The notes beneath the pieces are model-generated. The model did not search any database. It was not told where the DNA came from and was given only the letters and a program-made list of their open reading frames with translations. From the IMG/VR virus record IMGVR_UViG_3300037628_000359, positions 1 to 50,740 of that record: a DNA stretch of 50,740 nt. The stretch is one strand, 5' to 3'. Both the position numbers and the translations under genes were made by a program. This stretch comes from a virus (lineage: Duplodnaviria > Caudoviricetes). Of the stretch, positions 35,924 through 44,535 are shown one piece after another (the stretch's first letter is position 1; every line of letters begins with the position of its first letter).

Positions 35924-36120
35924 ACCGCATAACTAGCTAAGTTTAAAAATAAGCAATTAGTTTTTATACAATTCGACCTTTGATAGACGGGATAAACAGC
36001 CTTTAGCGGTGAAATAAAAAATCTAATTAGTAGTTTAAATTAGTGGGTACTGGTTTCGTGAGCCAGTTAATTCAAGGATTGAATGAAATTACAGCTGATT
36101 ACTGAATTGTATATTGTGGT
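35924..36120 (+). ncRNA. Putative ~200-nt multibranch RNA
   Basis: TATACAATTC/GAATTGTATA and ACCGCA/TGTGGT closing helices; inner hairpins at 36023-36043, 36049-36067 and 36070-36084. Confidence 0.45.
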
Positions 36121-36209
36121 TAAAGAGGATAGATAGATTAAATAGGGGTTCATCCCACGGTCTATCTAATGACCCTTATATTTTTAATTAAACACTATGG
36201 AGAATAGAA

Positions 36210-36662
36210 ATGATAGATATGAACAGGAGACTTATTTACTCACTTATAAACGAGTGTGAACATAATTCTTTTATGAGAATATTTAAAGAGTGTGATGTTA
36301 TAAAAGAAGAATTAGAAAAAACAAGCGAATATAAATTGCACCGTGATATTTACAGTATATATAGCGGCTTAGACTTCTTGTTTCACGGAAAGTATATTGA
36401 CCACACAATGAAAAAATCGTTTTTCAGTTATGGGCTATATCCTATGAAACTGGAAGATTTAATGAACAACCCAAGCGATGAGTTTTTAAAAATAATATCC
36501 CAGCATGTTTGTTATTCAAAAGGATATGAAGAAAGTAAAACATTTATAAGTGACAACTACGGGTTTAAATTATGCGCGCTAGGTGGAAGTGTTAGCGACT
36601 ATATAGACAATAATTTAAATAGTGGAATGAAAATATTAAAAACAAAAAACGGCAAGTGGTAA
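36210..36662 (+). CDS. Hypothetical protein
   Basis: GGAG RBS, 150 aa. Confidence 0.65.
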   Translation: MIDMNRRLIYSLINECEHNSFMRIFKECDVIKEELEKTSEYKLHRDIYSIYSGLDFLFHGKYIDHTMKKSFFSYGLYPMKLEDLMNNPSDEFLKIISQHVCYSKGYEESKTFISDNYGFKLCALGGSVSDYIDNNLNSGMKILKTKNGKW

Positions 36663-36688
36663 GACTTAATAACAACCGGAGAACCAAA

Positions 36689-36874
36689 ATGAACACAAAC
36701 GAAAGATTTGAATACATGGCAGATTTATTTTACAAAGAAACTTTGATGATGGCACCGGGAAAGGATTCCCCAGCGGCTTTCGGAGTTACTGACCACGAAG
36801 AACGCGATCTAGCATGGCGTGAATGGTTAGAAGTATTCTATAGTGATTTATTTGATCTGCATGCTAATAAATAG
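36689..36874 (+). CDS. Hypothetical protein
   Basis: GGAG RBS before MNTNERF; MAPGKD motif. Confidence 0.6.
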   Translation: MNTNERFEYMADLFYKETLMMAPGKDSPAAFGVTDHEERDLAWREWLEVFYSDLFDLHANK

Positions 36875-36900
36875 GTAATTTAACTACGGAGAATAAAACA

Positions 36901-37083
36901 ATGAGCAACTTAATGTTTTGCGATCATAAAAAGACCAAACAAAAGCTCTATGCATGGGCTATTGATTGTCGAGGCAAGCACGAGCAAGGTTTCATCATGA
37001 GAGAATGTTGTTCTGCATGTGGCTGCCTGGCTGATAATAAAAATAAGAGCCAATCCAATCAACCAAAACAATATCAAAAATAA
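36901..37083 (+). CDS. Cys-rich small protein
   Basis: GGAG RBS; CDH...CCSACGC. Confidence 0.55.
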   Translation: MSNLMFCDHKKTKQKLYAWAIDCRGKHEQGFIMRECCSACGCLADNKNKSQSNQPKQYQK

Positions 37084-37095
37084 ACCAATATCTAG

Positions 37096-37124
37096 TTGAC
37101 TTAAAGTAAACGTTAAACTAGTAT
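37096..37124 (+). promoter_or_regulatory. Sigma70-type promoter
   Basis: TTGACT-17 nt-TAGTAT. Confidence 0.75.
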
Positions 37125-37168
37125 TAATTTCATCAACACAAACTAACGAAACAAACGGAATAAATAAG

Positions 37169-37477
37169 ATGAAAAAAAAACTAATGTTTTTATCAGTACA
37201 AAGTGAAACAGCATATAAAGAGCAGTACCTTCAACACATACAAGATTTGTATAATCTAAGACTGGATAGTGCTGTAACTGGCCAACAACTAAAAGATGCT
37301 TTGATATTAAAATTTAAAGATAACAGTAATTCCGACGCGTTTATTTTAGCTGTTAATGAATGGGTTGAATTTAACATAGAAGACAATAAAGAATGGCTTT
37401 CTCTTACTGTGATCCCTAGCCCTGATGACGGGGAAGAAAATCACTTTATGGTTATGGATATGATTAACGCCAACTAA
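37169..37477 (+). CDS. Hypothetical protein
   Basis: First gene after the 37096 promoter. Confidence 0.65.
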   Translation: MKKKLMFLSVQSETAYKEQYLQHIQDLYNLRLDSAVTGQQLKDALILKFKDNSNSDAFILAVNEWVEFNIEDNKEWLSLTVIPSPDDGEENHFMVMDMINAN

Positions 37478-37510
37478 CCCGAGGGTATCACCCTTGAAGG
37501 AGATGTAACG

Positions 37511-37526
37511 TGTGAATCTCATCACA
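37511..37526. promoter_or_regulatory. Perfect CRP/CAP-type core site
   Basis: TGTGA-ATCTCA-TCACA in an intergenic region. Confidence 0.45.
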
Positions 37527-37596
37527 TATGGTTAACGAGACCCTAAGCCGATTAAGTTCGGTTTTGCGGTGAAAGTATATTAATTAAGGAAATAAA

Positions 37597-37887
37597 ATGA
37601 ATACAGCAGCAGGGTGTGATTCACCACAAAGAACATCAAGAGTAGATGGTTTACTTAATTCGGTAAGTCAGGTTAACGAACTATTAAATCGTATTGAGGG
37701 GTTAGCTGATTTATTAGGCATCAATATCCCACCAAAATCAATGGAACCATTGGGTGAAGTTAAACAATTAGTTGAACCAAAAAGAAACACTTTAGTTGGG
37801 TTGCTCAATGAATTACCTATGAAAATAAGTAATTCAACTGAAAGCGCACATCAGCTTTTATCTCAAATTGAGAATGAATTGAGCTAA
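37597..37887 (+). CDS. Hypothetical helical protein
   Basis: AAGGA RBS. Confidence 0.65.
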   Translation: MNTAAGCDSPQRTSRVDGLLNSVSQVNELLNRIEGLADLLGINIPPKSMEPLGEVKQLVEPKRNTLVGLLNELPMKISNSTESAHQLLSQIENELS

Positions 37888-37905
37888 TCGACACAACCAC
37901 CCCAC

Positions 37906-37934
37906 AAGCCCGTCACTAGATGGGCTTTAAGGGT
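37906..37934 (+). repeat. Intergenic hairpin repeat, copy A
   Basis: AAGCCCGTC-ACTA-GATGGGCTT-TAAGGGT, identical at 38612-38640. Confidence 0.85.
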
Positions 37935-37941
37935 GAAGCCA

Positions 37942-38066
37942 AAGTATTTTTAGTTATCAGGTCGGTGTTAGTTAAATCAATTATGGGGATGGCAATCCCG
38001 TTGAGATAAAGGCCGTTAAAGGGTTACAGCACCAGCAGAACTAAGACCTGATAACTAAGAGTATTT
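37942..38066 (+). ncRNA. Putative 125-nt structured RNA with 22-bp closing stem
   Basis: 37942-37963 pairs contiguously with 38045-38066 (three G-U on +); inner GGTGTT/AGCACC and GGGAT-GGCA-ATCCC. Confidence 0.7.
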
Positions 38067-38130
38067 ATTTATGCCCGGCACTTGTCGGGATTTTGGGTAC
38101 TAAAGCATCAATAACGCAGAGGATAGAACA

Positions 38131-38592
38131 ATGAGCAAGAACAATTTTAAGATGGGTGACGATTTAGTTTTAATAAGACCTTTTAAAGGTAATTTACATG
38201 CTAAAACATTACAAACGCTAAAGGCTAAATTCTCAGTATCTTATTGTGATACTGAAAGTGAATTTATTAATGTTAAAGATAAGACAGGTATGGATCATCT
38301 TGGAGTTTATGCTGATAGATTTGAACTAGCAAACAAATACCCTAACCCACCACATAAACACGTTAACGAAATGATCGCGTTTGCGGAAGGTGCTGATATT
38401 GAGTACTTAAATACTGTTAAAGAGTGGACTTATATTAAAGACCCATCATGGGGTTTATGTAACAAATACCGCATCAAACCACAAAAAACAGCCAAACAAA
38501 CAGAAATTGAACGTATAGAATCAGCACTACGCAAACAAGCTGAAATAACCGCTAAACTAGCTGATGATTTAAGCGCTGTAAAAGCTAGCTGA
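38131..38592 (+). CDS. Hypothetical protein
   Basis: HKH...IAFAEGADIEY...W...YRIKP domain common in phages. Confidence 0.7.
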   Translation: MSKNNFKMGDDLVLIRPFKGNLHAKTLQTLKAKFSVSYCDTESEFINVKDKTGMDHLGVYADRFELANKYPNPPHKHVNEMIAFAEGADIEYLNTVKEWTYIKDPSWGLCNKYRIKPQKTAKQTEIERIESALRKQAEITAKLADDLSAVKAS

Positions 38593-38611
38593 TAACTAAT
38601 TAACCAACCAT

Positions 38612-38640
38612 AAGCCCGTCACTAGATGGGCTTTAAGGGT
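38612..38640 (+). repeat. Intergenic hairpin repeat, copy B
   Basis: Identical to 37906-37934. Confidence 0.85.
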
Positions 38641-38665
38641 AGATAGATAAACAAGCGAGAACATC

Positions 38666-38911
38666 ATGAGATGCAAAGTAAGTGACGACATAGCAAACAA
38701 AGCAAACGAGCCTGAACCTGAATACTGTGACTGTGGCTCACAAATGACACTTGGCATTGATAACAAATTTAAGTGCGACGATGAGTCATGTGAAATTGAA
38801 CGGTGTGAAGCTAAAGAATGCGTAGGCTCTCTTGAGGTAGATGATGACTATCCTAAATATGTATGCTGCGATAGATGCAGTTTTTCAAAATTACGCGATG
38901 ATATTTTATAG
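38666..38911 (+). CDS. Cys-rich (double zinc-ribbon-like) protein
   Basis: CDCG...C...C...C...C...CCDRC. Confidence 0.65.
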   Translation: MRCKVSDDIANKANEPEPEYCDCGSQMTLGIDNKFKCDDESCEIERCEAKECVGSLEVDDDYPKYVCCDRCSFSKLRDDIL

Positions 38912-38920
38912 GAGATTGAA

Positions 38921-39175
38921 ATGTTAAAAATTTACATAAGCACAAATGGCGAGTTATTAAAAAACGGTGAGCCATGCTTGCTCGTATCGCAATTTAAGCC
39001 AACAGCATTAGAGGACCATGAAACAATCGAAGTTATTGAGCACCACTTTAATTTAAGTGATACTGAAATATTAGATTTTTGTGCAGGAGTTCGCGCTAAA
39101 CGTGATCCAACTAATAGCGAGTTACAAAAAGAAGTTGATAAACTTAAGTTATTATTAGGGGAATGTGATGAGTAA
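38921..39175 (+). CDS. Hypothetical protein
   Basis: AGGAG RBS. Confidence 0.6.
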   Translation: MLKIYISTNGELLKNGEPCLLVSQFKPTALEDHETIEVIEHHFNLSDTEILDFCAGVRAKRDPTNSELQKEVDKLKLLLGECDE

Positions 39176-40040
39176 TTATGAAGGAAAGCATTTTTTAAAT
39201 GATGTCATCTATAGGGCAGCTGACGGATTAGCCAATAGTGACGCACAGATGATTGAAAAGAATCCTGGTAACTTTATATGGGCAAAGAGCGCACCAAGAA
39301 ACGGAGCTAAATCAAAAACAACTGATATAGGAACCGCTTTACATTGCGCCATATTAGAGCCGGAAAAATATAAAGATCATATTGTAGTTTCTGAATTCAA
39401 AGGGCGAACAGCTAAAGGATTTGAAGCGGAGCAAAAAGAAAATGTAAACAAGGTTGTATTAACTAAAGATGAATATGACCAAGTTAATTTAATGGCTAAG
39501 TCTGTATTTTGTCACCCTTCAGCAAAGTCTATACTTGATTTAGTCGGTGACTGTGAGTCGTCAGTATTTGTTAAAGACAAAGAAACAGGCGTTAACTTAA
39601 AGTGCCGACCTGATAAGGACGCTGTGGAATCTGCCGGAATAGTTATCGACGTTAAAACAACAGCAAACATTGATGATTGGCGCAGTGATAAAGAATGGAT
39701 AAACCCACTATATAAGTTTAACTACGGTCATGGCGCTAGTTTCTACACTGACGTTTTAGAGCAGCACTATAAAACTGAGATTGACAGTTTTATTTTTCTT
39801 GTAATACAAAATAGTGTCGAGCTAGGTCGTTATCCGGTAGCAGTTTTTCAAATATCAAGGCAGGAACTTATTGATCTAGGTTTTTGGGATAGACATAGAT
39901 CAAATATTTCTGAGTTTAGTAGATGTAAAAGCGGCAACGATTGGATTCATACGGAAACATTTAATTTCGTCGGACGTGATAATAATTATGTTATTGAAGA
40001 TGATATTGAAGTAACTTTTGAGGACGTTAATAATGCTTGA
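39165..40040 (+). CDS. RecE/Exo VIII-like PD-(D/E)XK exonuclease
   Basis: IGTALHCAILEP, ESSVF, KCRPD, IDVKTT and Y...ASFY motifs. Confidence 0.88.
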   Translation: MMSNYEGKHFLNDVIYRAADGLANSDAQMIEKNPGNFIWAKSAPRNGAKSKTTDIGTALHCAILEPEKYKDHIVVSEFKGRTAKGFEAEQKENVNKVVLTKDEYDQVNLMAKSVFCHPSAKSILDLVGDCESSVFVKDKETGVNLKCRPDKDAVESAGIVIDVKTTANIDDWRSDKEWINPLYKFNYGHGASFYTDVLEQHYKTEIDSFIFLVIQNSVELGRYPVAVFQISRQELIDLGFWDRHRSNISEFSRCKSGNDWIHTETFNFVGRDNNYVIEDDIEVTFEDVNNA

Positions 40041-40455
40041 TTTATCGGGAACAATAAAAGCAAAGTCTGATCAATTGAATGCTGATGATTTTATATCAGG
40101 TGACAAAATGGTACAGGTCGAAGGTGTCAACCTTGTCAAAGACCCTCAGCAGCCTGTGCAGATATATTATTACGGGTGTGAAGGTAAGCCATTTAAGCCA
40201 TGCTTAACAGTTAGACGTATATTGATTAAGTTATGGGGTCTTGATGGTAGCCAGTGGACTGATAAGTGGATGAACTTATACGTTGATCAATCAGTAAGTT
40301 TTGGCAAGCAAAAGAATATAGGTGGTATTCGTGTTAATGCCTTATCTCATATACCAAGTGCAGCAACGATATCTTTATCAATAAGACGAGGTGTAAAACA
40401 GCACTTTGTAGTGCAGCCAATACAACTAGAAGACAACCAACAATTAACCAAGTAA
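40033..40455 (+). CDS. Conserved phage protein paired with the exonuclease (putative ssDNA-binding/annealing)
   Basis: KSDQLNADD...KPFKPC...WG.DG..W...GGIRV; occupies the RecT position. Confidence 0.6.
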   Translation: MLDLSGTIKAKSDQLNADDFISGDKMVQVEGVNLVKDPQQPVQIYYYGCEGKPFKPCLTVRRILIKLWGLDGSQWTDKWMNLYVDQSVSFGKQKNIGGIRVNALSHIPSAATISLSIRRGVKQHFVVQPIQLEDNQQLTK

Positions 40456-40469
40456 GGGGTTTAATTAAA

Positions 40470-40661
40470 ATGGACGCTAAAAAGATAGAGAGAATATCAA
40501 AACTAAACCAAGCTATAGAAAATTTTAAGTGTTGCTATGAGGGGAATGAATTATGGGGCGTTATCGACGGACCAGTTCCATATGAGAAATTAATAGAGTT
40601 TCTTATTAATAACACTGAATTTCATGATATAGCGCAGCAAATAAGCAAGCTAGATAAATAA
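40470..40661 (+). CDS. Hypothetical protein
   Basis: AAGGGG RBS. Confidence 0.55.
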   Translation: MDAKKIERISKLNQAIENFKCCYEGNELWGVIDGPVPYEKLIEFLINNTEFHDIAQQISKLDK

Positions 40662-40716
40662 CTATTAACCAGTACATTTAATTTAACTAGCGGTTAATAG
40701 CCGCAAGCGAGATAAC

Positions 40717-41091
40717 ATGCAAATACCACCAGATGCACATTGCCGAACCCTAGACGGATTAGCGATCAAGTTGGGCGCATATAATAACCTTTATAAACGT
40801 GTCGGTACTAAATGGCGTCCTATGTATAAGGATGATCGTGTTATCTCTCGGTGTGAAGATGCTATAAGAACTGGAAAGCTCCAGGTTATCAAATTTGAAA
40901 TCAAAAGCGGACATGAAAAGAAAAGGGATATAAAAATGGACCGTATATTAAATGCGCTGAAAGAAAAACCTATGACGCCAGAACAGTTAGCGAAACATTT
41001 AAATATCAGTGTATACACAGCGTGGGATCATACCAATAAATTAAGTTTGAAAGGTAAGATTATCAAGGGTTGCTTAGTGGTGGTATCGTGA
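40717..41091 (+). CDS. Protein with C-terminal winged HTH
   Basis: ILNALKEKPMTPEQLAKHLNISVYTAWDH...L...GKI. Confidence 0.7.
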   Translation: MQIPPDAHCRTLDGLAIKLGAYNNLYKRVGTKWRPMYKDDRVISRCEDAIRTGKLQVIKFEIKSGHEKKRDIKMDRILNALKEKPMTPEQLAKHLNISVYTAWDHTNKLSLKGKIIKGCLVVVS

Positions 41092-41756
41092 AAAATCTAG
41101 ACGTTTACATAATCACAGATAAAGACCCTCGTCGAGAGAGTTTAATCCAAGAGCAATTAGCGTCTGGAATTTTAAAACGACATCCAGATGACGAGAAAAA
41201 CAAGAAAAAACCGAGTCGATATACTAATGAGTATTTACTCGAAATGTTCAATAAATACGAATCACACAATGGCACTAGGAATTCCTTTTGTACTAAATAT
41301 AATTTAACTAAAAATTTTTTCAATAAATTTAGAGATAGATACGAGGATTTATTATGAAATACATTACATTAATATTATGTATAACACCGATATTAATCTA
41401 CGCACTAACTAGTTATCTATCGACTTGCAAGCTCTGTAGTAATCATAGCGCTGTAATTGATAGAACTTGCTGTGATTGTGTGGTTAAAGAAATTGAGGAG
41501 CAAAAATGATACAATGATAGCTCAGCACATAACGAGATTAAATATGATTGAGCTAATTGTTGTATTTGTAACACTCCTTCCTGGCGATATGGTCTTACAT
41601 GAAACTAGAGTAATATCTAATATAGAATCAATATCAATGTGCAAAGATAAGCTTATACCTAATATTTTGGTAAAGTATAAAGAAGAGCCTGATAGGAAAA
41701 TGTTATCGCTCTATTGTAAGGAAACAAAAGAGCGTGAGAGCGCTTAACCTAGATAT

Positions 41757-41993
41757 TTATGCTGTATATTCATCTCCGTTAAACCATAAGTCTTGTAATT
41801 CGCTTTCTGGCGTTGCTTCCTGTGCATCCTTAATCGCCTTGTCAGCTAAATAATCACGCACTGCTTTAGTTGCTATTCCCTCGCGAGTTTTAGGGACAGG
41901 CTCAACAGGAATTTCAGAGCGATTTTTATACTGATTAAAAAAACCGTCTTTGCATTGTTCTATTGAGTCTTTATCGTTTGAATTGATGCTCAT
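41757..41993 (-). CDS. Hypothetical protein
   Basis: Last gene of a small leftward cassette. Confidence 0.55.
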   Translation of the reverse strand: MSINSNDKDSIEQCKDGFFNQYKNRSEIPVEPVPKTREGIATKAVRDYLADKAIKDAQEATPESELQDLWFNGDEYTA

Positions 41994-42165
41994 TATTAAT
42001 CCTAAAACATTAAAGTTTGCGACAACCGACTAGGACTACAAATAGGCTCTGGCGGATGCTTATCAGGATTACGCGCATAATAATCAGCCAAGTAAAAATC
42101 TTCGATGATTGATTGACGCTTGTTTAAATCTGCAATCTTTGCTAATTTTCGTGTTTTAGTTTTCA

Positions 42166-42321
42166 TTACTTACACTCCTTTTTATGTGCTTTCATTATTA
42201 AGTCAGCAATAATTTTTACTTTATTATCTATCAATGAGCCATCAAATCGACGTTGAGTTACAAGCTCATTTAATAGTTTATCAATGTTTGGGTTTAGCGC
42301 TACAGCGTTCTTACTAGCCAT
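42166..42321 (-). CDS. 51-aa putative ribbon-helix-helix-like protein (not in ORF track)
   Basis: AAGGA RBS; MASKNAVALNPNIDKLLNELV...KVKIIADLIMKAHKKECK. Confidence 0.5.
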   Translation of the reverse strand: MASKNAVALNPNIDKLLNELVTQRRFDGSLIDNKVKIIADLIMKAHKKECK

Positions 42322-42352
42322 TTTTTATCCTTGTTTAATTAATATGTAATAA

Positions 42353-42396
42353 ATATTAGATTAATACTTGCACAAAGTCAAATTATATATTATTGT
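42353..42396. promoter_or_regulatory. Overlapping divergent sigma70 promoters
   Basis: Minus: TTGACT-17-TAATAT (42381-42353). Plus: TTGCAC-17-TATTGT (42368-42396). Confidence 0.65.
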
Positions 42397-42432
42397 TTAG
42401 GGGTAAACAAAATTTAACGAATGGAGATTGAA

Positions 42433-42828
42433 ATGAGTAAGATTGAACTTTCGGATACAACAATGAGCGTATTAATGAAAATGTCAGAAGGCAACCCAGG
42501 CGCTATTAAGGCGTTGATGGATATCTTAGAGAAAGGTGAAGCGATTGACCCACAAGGCGCGCTTGGTGCTATGGGTAGTATCATGCTTCTTGATACGTGG
42601 GAAATTTACGGCTCTGATATCTACATTTTATGGAATGATAAGTGCCAATGTGATTGCCGTAAAATGCTTATGATAATGCGCTCTTGCCAGATGGGAAATT
42701 TCAGTCACGTAAAATTAAAAGAGATGGCGGCTGACCAGATGCGTGAAATAGATTTGACCGCTAATGAATGGGAAGAACACGATAAATGGGTTTGCGATAA
42801 TTTATCTGGATTTCAAAAGGCAGCGTAG
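42433..42828 (+). CDS. Conserved hypothetical protein (EGNPGA motif)
   Basis: GGAG RBS before MSKIEL; KMSEGNPGA...IYGSDIYILWND. Confidence 0.7.
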   Translation: MSKIELSDTTMSVLMKMSEGNPGAIKALMDILEKGEAIDPQGALGAMGSIMLLDTWEIYGSDIYILWNDKCQCDCRKMLMIMRSCQMGNFSHVKLKEMAADQMREIDLTANEWEEHDKWVCDNLSGFQKAA

Positions 42829-42870
42829 TCATTAATTAATCAACAACGATAACAAAGAAAGGAAAGTATT

Positions 42871-43086
42871 ATGTTTAAGAAATCATTAGCAGCATTAAAT
42901 ATCATATTAGGTATGGCAACACCGATTAATGGTGTAGTAAACGCATTAAACTATGCTGCACCTCTACTTAACTCAATGTCACATACCTCACGCGGTAAAT
43001 CTGGCCGAGTATCAAGTAAACCAAGCGGTGCAGCAGTATTAAAACGTGCAGCTAAAAAGCGCAATAATATTCGCAAGCACAACTAA
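42871..43086 (+). CDS. Small basic protein
   Basis: SGAAVLKRAAKKRNN tail. Confidence 0.6.
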   Translation: MFKKSLAALNIILGMATPINGVVNALNYAAPLLNSMSHTSRGKSGRVSSKPSGAAVLKRAAKKRNNIRKHN

Positions 43087-43154
43087 CCACCAACCAACCG
43101 GCTTAATTGCCGGTTAAGCGGTGAAAGTATATTAATTAATTAAAGGAAATAATC

Positions 43155-43472
43155 ATGAAATACCCATGGGAAGTAGAACAAATAAATCACGTTACCAACG
43201 GCTATGATGTTAAGTGCACTCACTCAGGACAAAGGAGGGCATACGGTGATTCGTTCAAAGAGTTCACTATAAAAACAGATAAACCAGAAAGCGAGGTTAA
43301 GGATTACTGTACAGAACAAGTTCACCAATGCAACCTGACTAGCGAACAATATCTCAAAGAAGAAAGGGCTGGTGTAAAGGATTTTGGCGATCACTTTCGG
43401 TCTAATTACAAATTTAAAAAGGTTGCTGAAGGTGAGTATTTTTATCAAGTAACATCGCCCTCGACACACTAA
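43155..43472 (+). CDS. Hypothetical protein
   Basis: AAGGA RBS; flanked by repeated hairpins. Confidence 0.7.
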   Translation: MKYPWEVEQINHVTNGYDVKCTHSGQRRAYGDSFKEFTIKTDKPESEVKDYCTEQVHQCNLTSEQYLKEERAGVKDFGDHFRSNYKFKKVAEGEYFYQVTSPSTH

Positions 43473-43480
43473 CCACCCAC

Positions 43481-43509
43481 AAGCCCGTCATGAGATGGGT
43501 TTTAAGGGT
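43481..43509 (+). repeat. Intergenic hairpin repeat, copy C (variant)
   Basis: AAGCCCGTC-ATGA-GATGGGTTT-TAAGGGT; loop changed and one G-C changed to G-U. Confidence 0.8.
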
Positions 43510-43940
43510 AGAAGCAACAGGAGAGTAACCATGTACTACCACGAAGAAATAAAAAACGGCCAATTAATGTGCCGTCATACTCCAAAGGGTGCATGGAAGC
43601 CTGTAACTGCTGTCGTAATGGCTGAAGTGATTCAATACCAAGCCGATGAGATTGAACGCTTAAAATTAATCATTAAAGACGCAGGTCTTGAAGATGCCTA
43701 ACTCAAAACTAAGCGATCAACTATCATCATGGAGAAATTCAGAACCGGACGATGTGATGATGACTAAATTTATTCGCATGGCAAAAAGTCTTGAGCGTGA
43801 AGTTGAAGAGTTGAAATTTAAATTAAACAAATCAGCAGAAATAATTGAAAACATGATTAAAGAAGCTGAAGAGCCTGAGCAGTTATGATTTGGTGTTGTT
43901 ATGTTACCGCCACTGAATTTAATTTTATTTGAAATTAGGC

Positions 43941-43969
43941 TTTACTTTAATACGATTAGTGTCTATACT
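43941..43969 (+). promoter_or_regulatory. Sigma70-type promoter
   Basis: TTTACT-17 nt-TATACT. Confidence 0.6.
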
Positions 43970-44017
43970 ATATTCAAAGGTTAGGAGTTCACCGAGCCAC
44001 TGAAAAGAGTAAATATT

Positions 44018-44272
44018 ATGAGTAACTTACAAAACGTTATTAACCTTTACAACGCTGGTGGTTTCTCAGTAATTGAAGATTTTGGTTTTACTGCTGCTAG
44101 CGAGATTACAAAATTAGTAGAGTCATTTAACGAAGGTGATTTAAAATCATTTATTTCAAACGCCAAGGGCGTATCAAACAATATTAAATTATTCGATGTT
44201 GAAGATTTGCTTTGTGAGTTAATGGGCGACGATGACGCTGCATGTGATTGGATTGAAGAAAATGAATCTTAA
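44018..44272 (+). CDS. Acidic hypothetical protein
   Basis: First gene after the 43941 promoter. Confidence 0.65.
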   Translation: MSNLQNVINLYNAGGFSVIEDFGFTAASEITKLVESFNEGDLKSFISNAKGVSNNIKLFDVEDLLCELMGDDDAACDWIEENES

Positions 44273-44462
44273 AAAGCAAGGTGGTAAGCGCACTGGGGCA
44301 GGACGCCCCACTATCGCGCCAGAACTTAAGAAAAAAGCGGTTAATTTAAAGATAGCTGGATGGTTAAATGATTGGCTTAATGATCAAGAAGAAAGTAAGA
44401 TTTCATTAATTGAACAGGCAGTAATTGAGAAATATAAATTAAAACCGCCAACCTTAGTTTAG
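44262..44462 (+). CDS. Ribbon-helix-helix DNA-binding protein
   Basis: GGKRTGAGRP followed by a strand-helix-helix pattern. Confidence 0.7.
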   Translation: MNLKKQGGKRTGAGRPTIAPELKKKAVNLKIAGWLNDWLNDQEESKISLIEQAVIEKYKLKPPTLV

Positions 44463-44535
44463 TAATATAACACTACTACTAGTAGGAATAATACCCGTTT
44501 ACGCTCATACATGTTAAAATAACATAGAGGTTTAT

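Noticed and set aside
37942-38066. Hammerhead or pistol ribozyme
   Set aside because: CTGATAA lies inside the closing stem and does not match CUGANGA; the required core motifs and pseudoknot were not found by eye.
39499-39510. AGTCTGTATT match to the ncRNA stem inside the exonuclease gene
   Set aside because: Short match in coding sequence with no partner arm nearby; likely chance.
37895-43509. Hairpin repeats as a CRISPR array or integron attC sites
   Set aside because: Spacing is irregular with whole genes between copies, there are no cas or intI genes, and no RYYYAAC...GTTRRRY ends.
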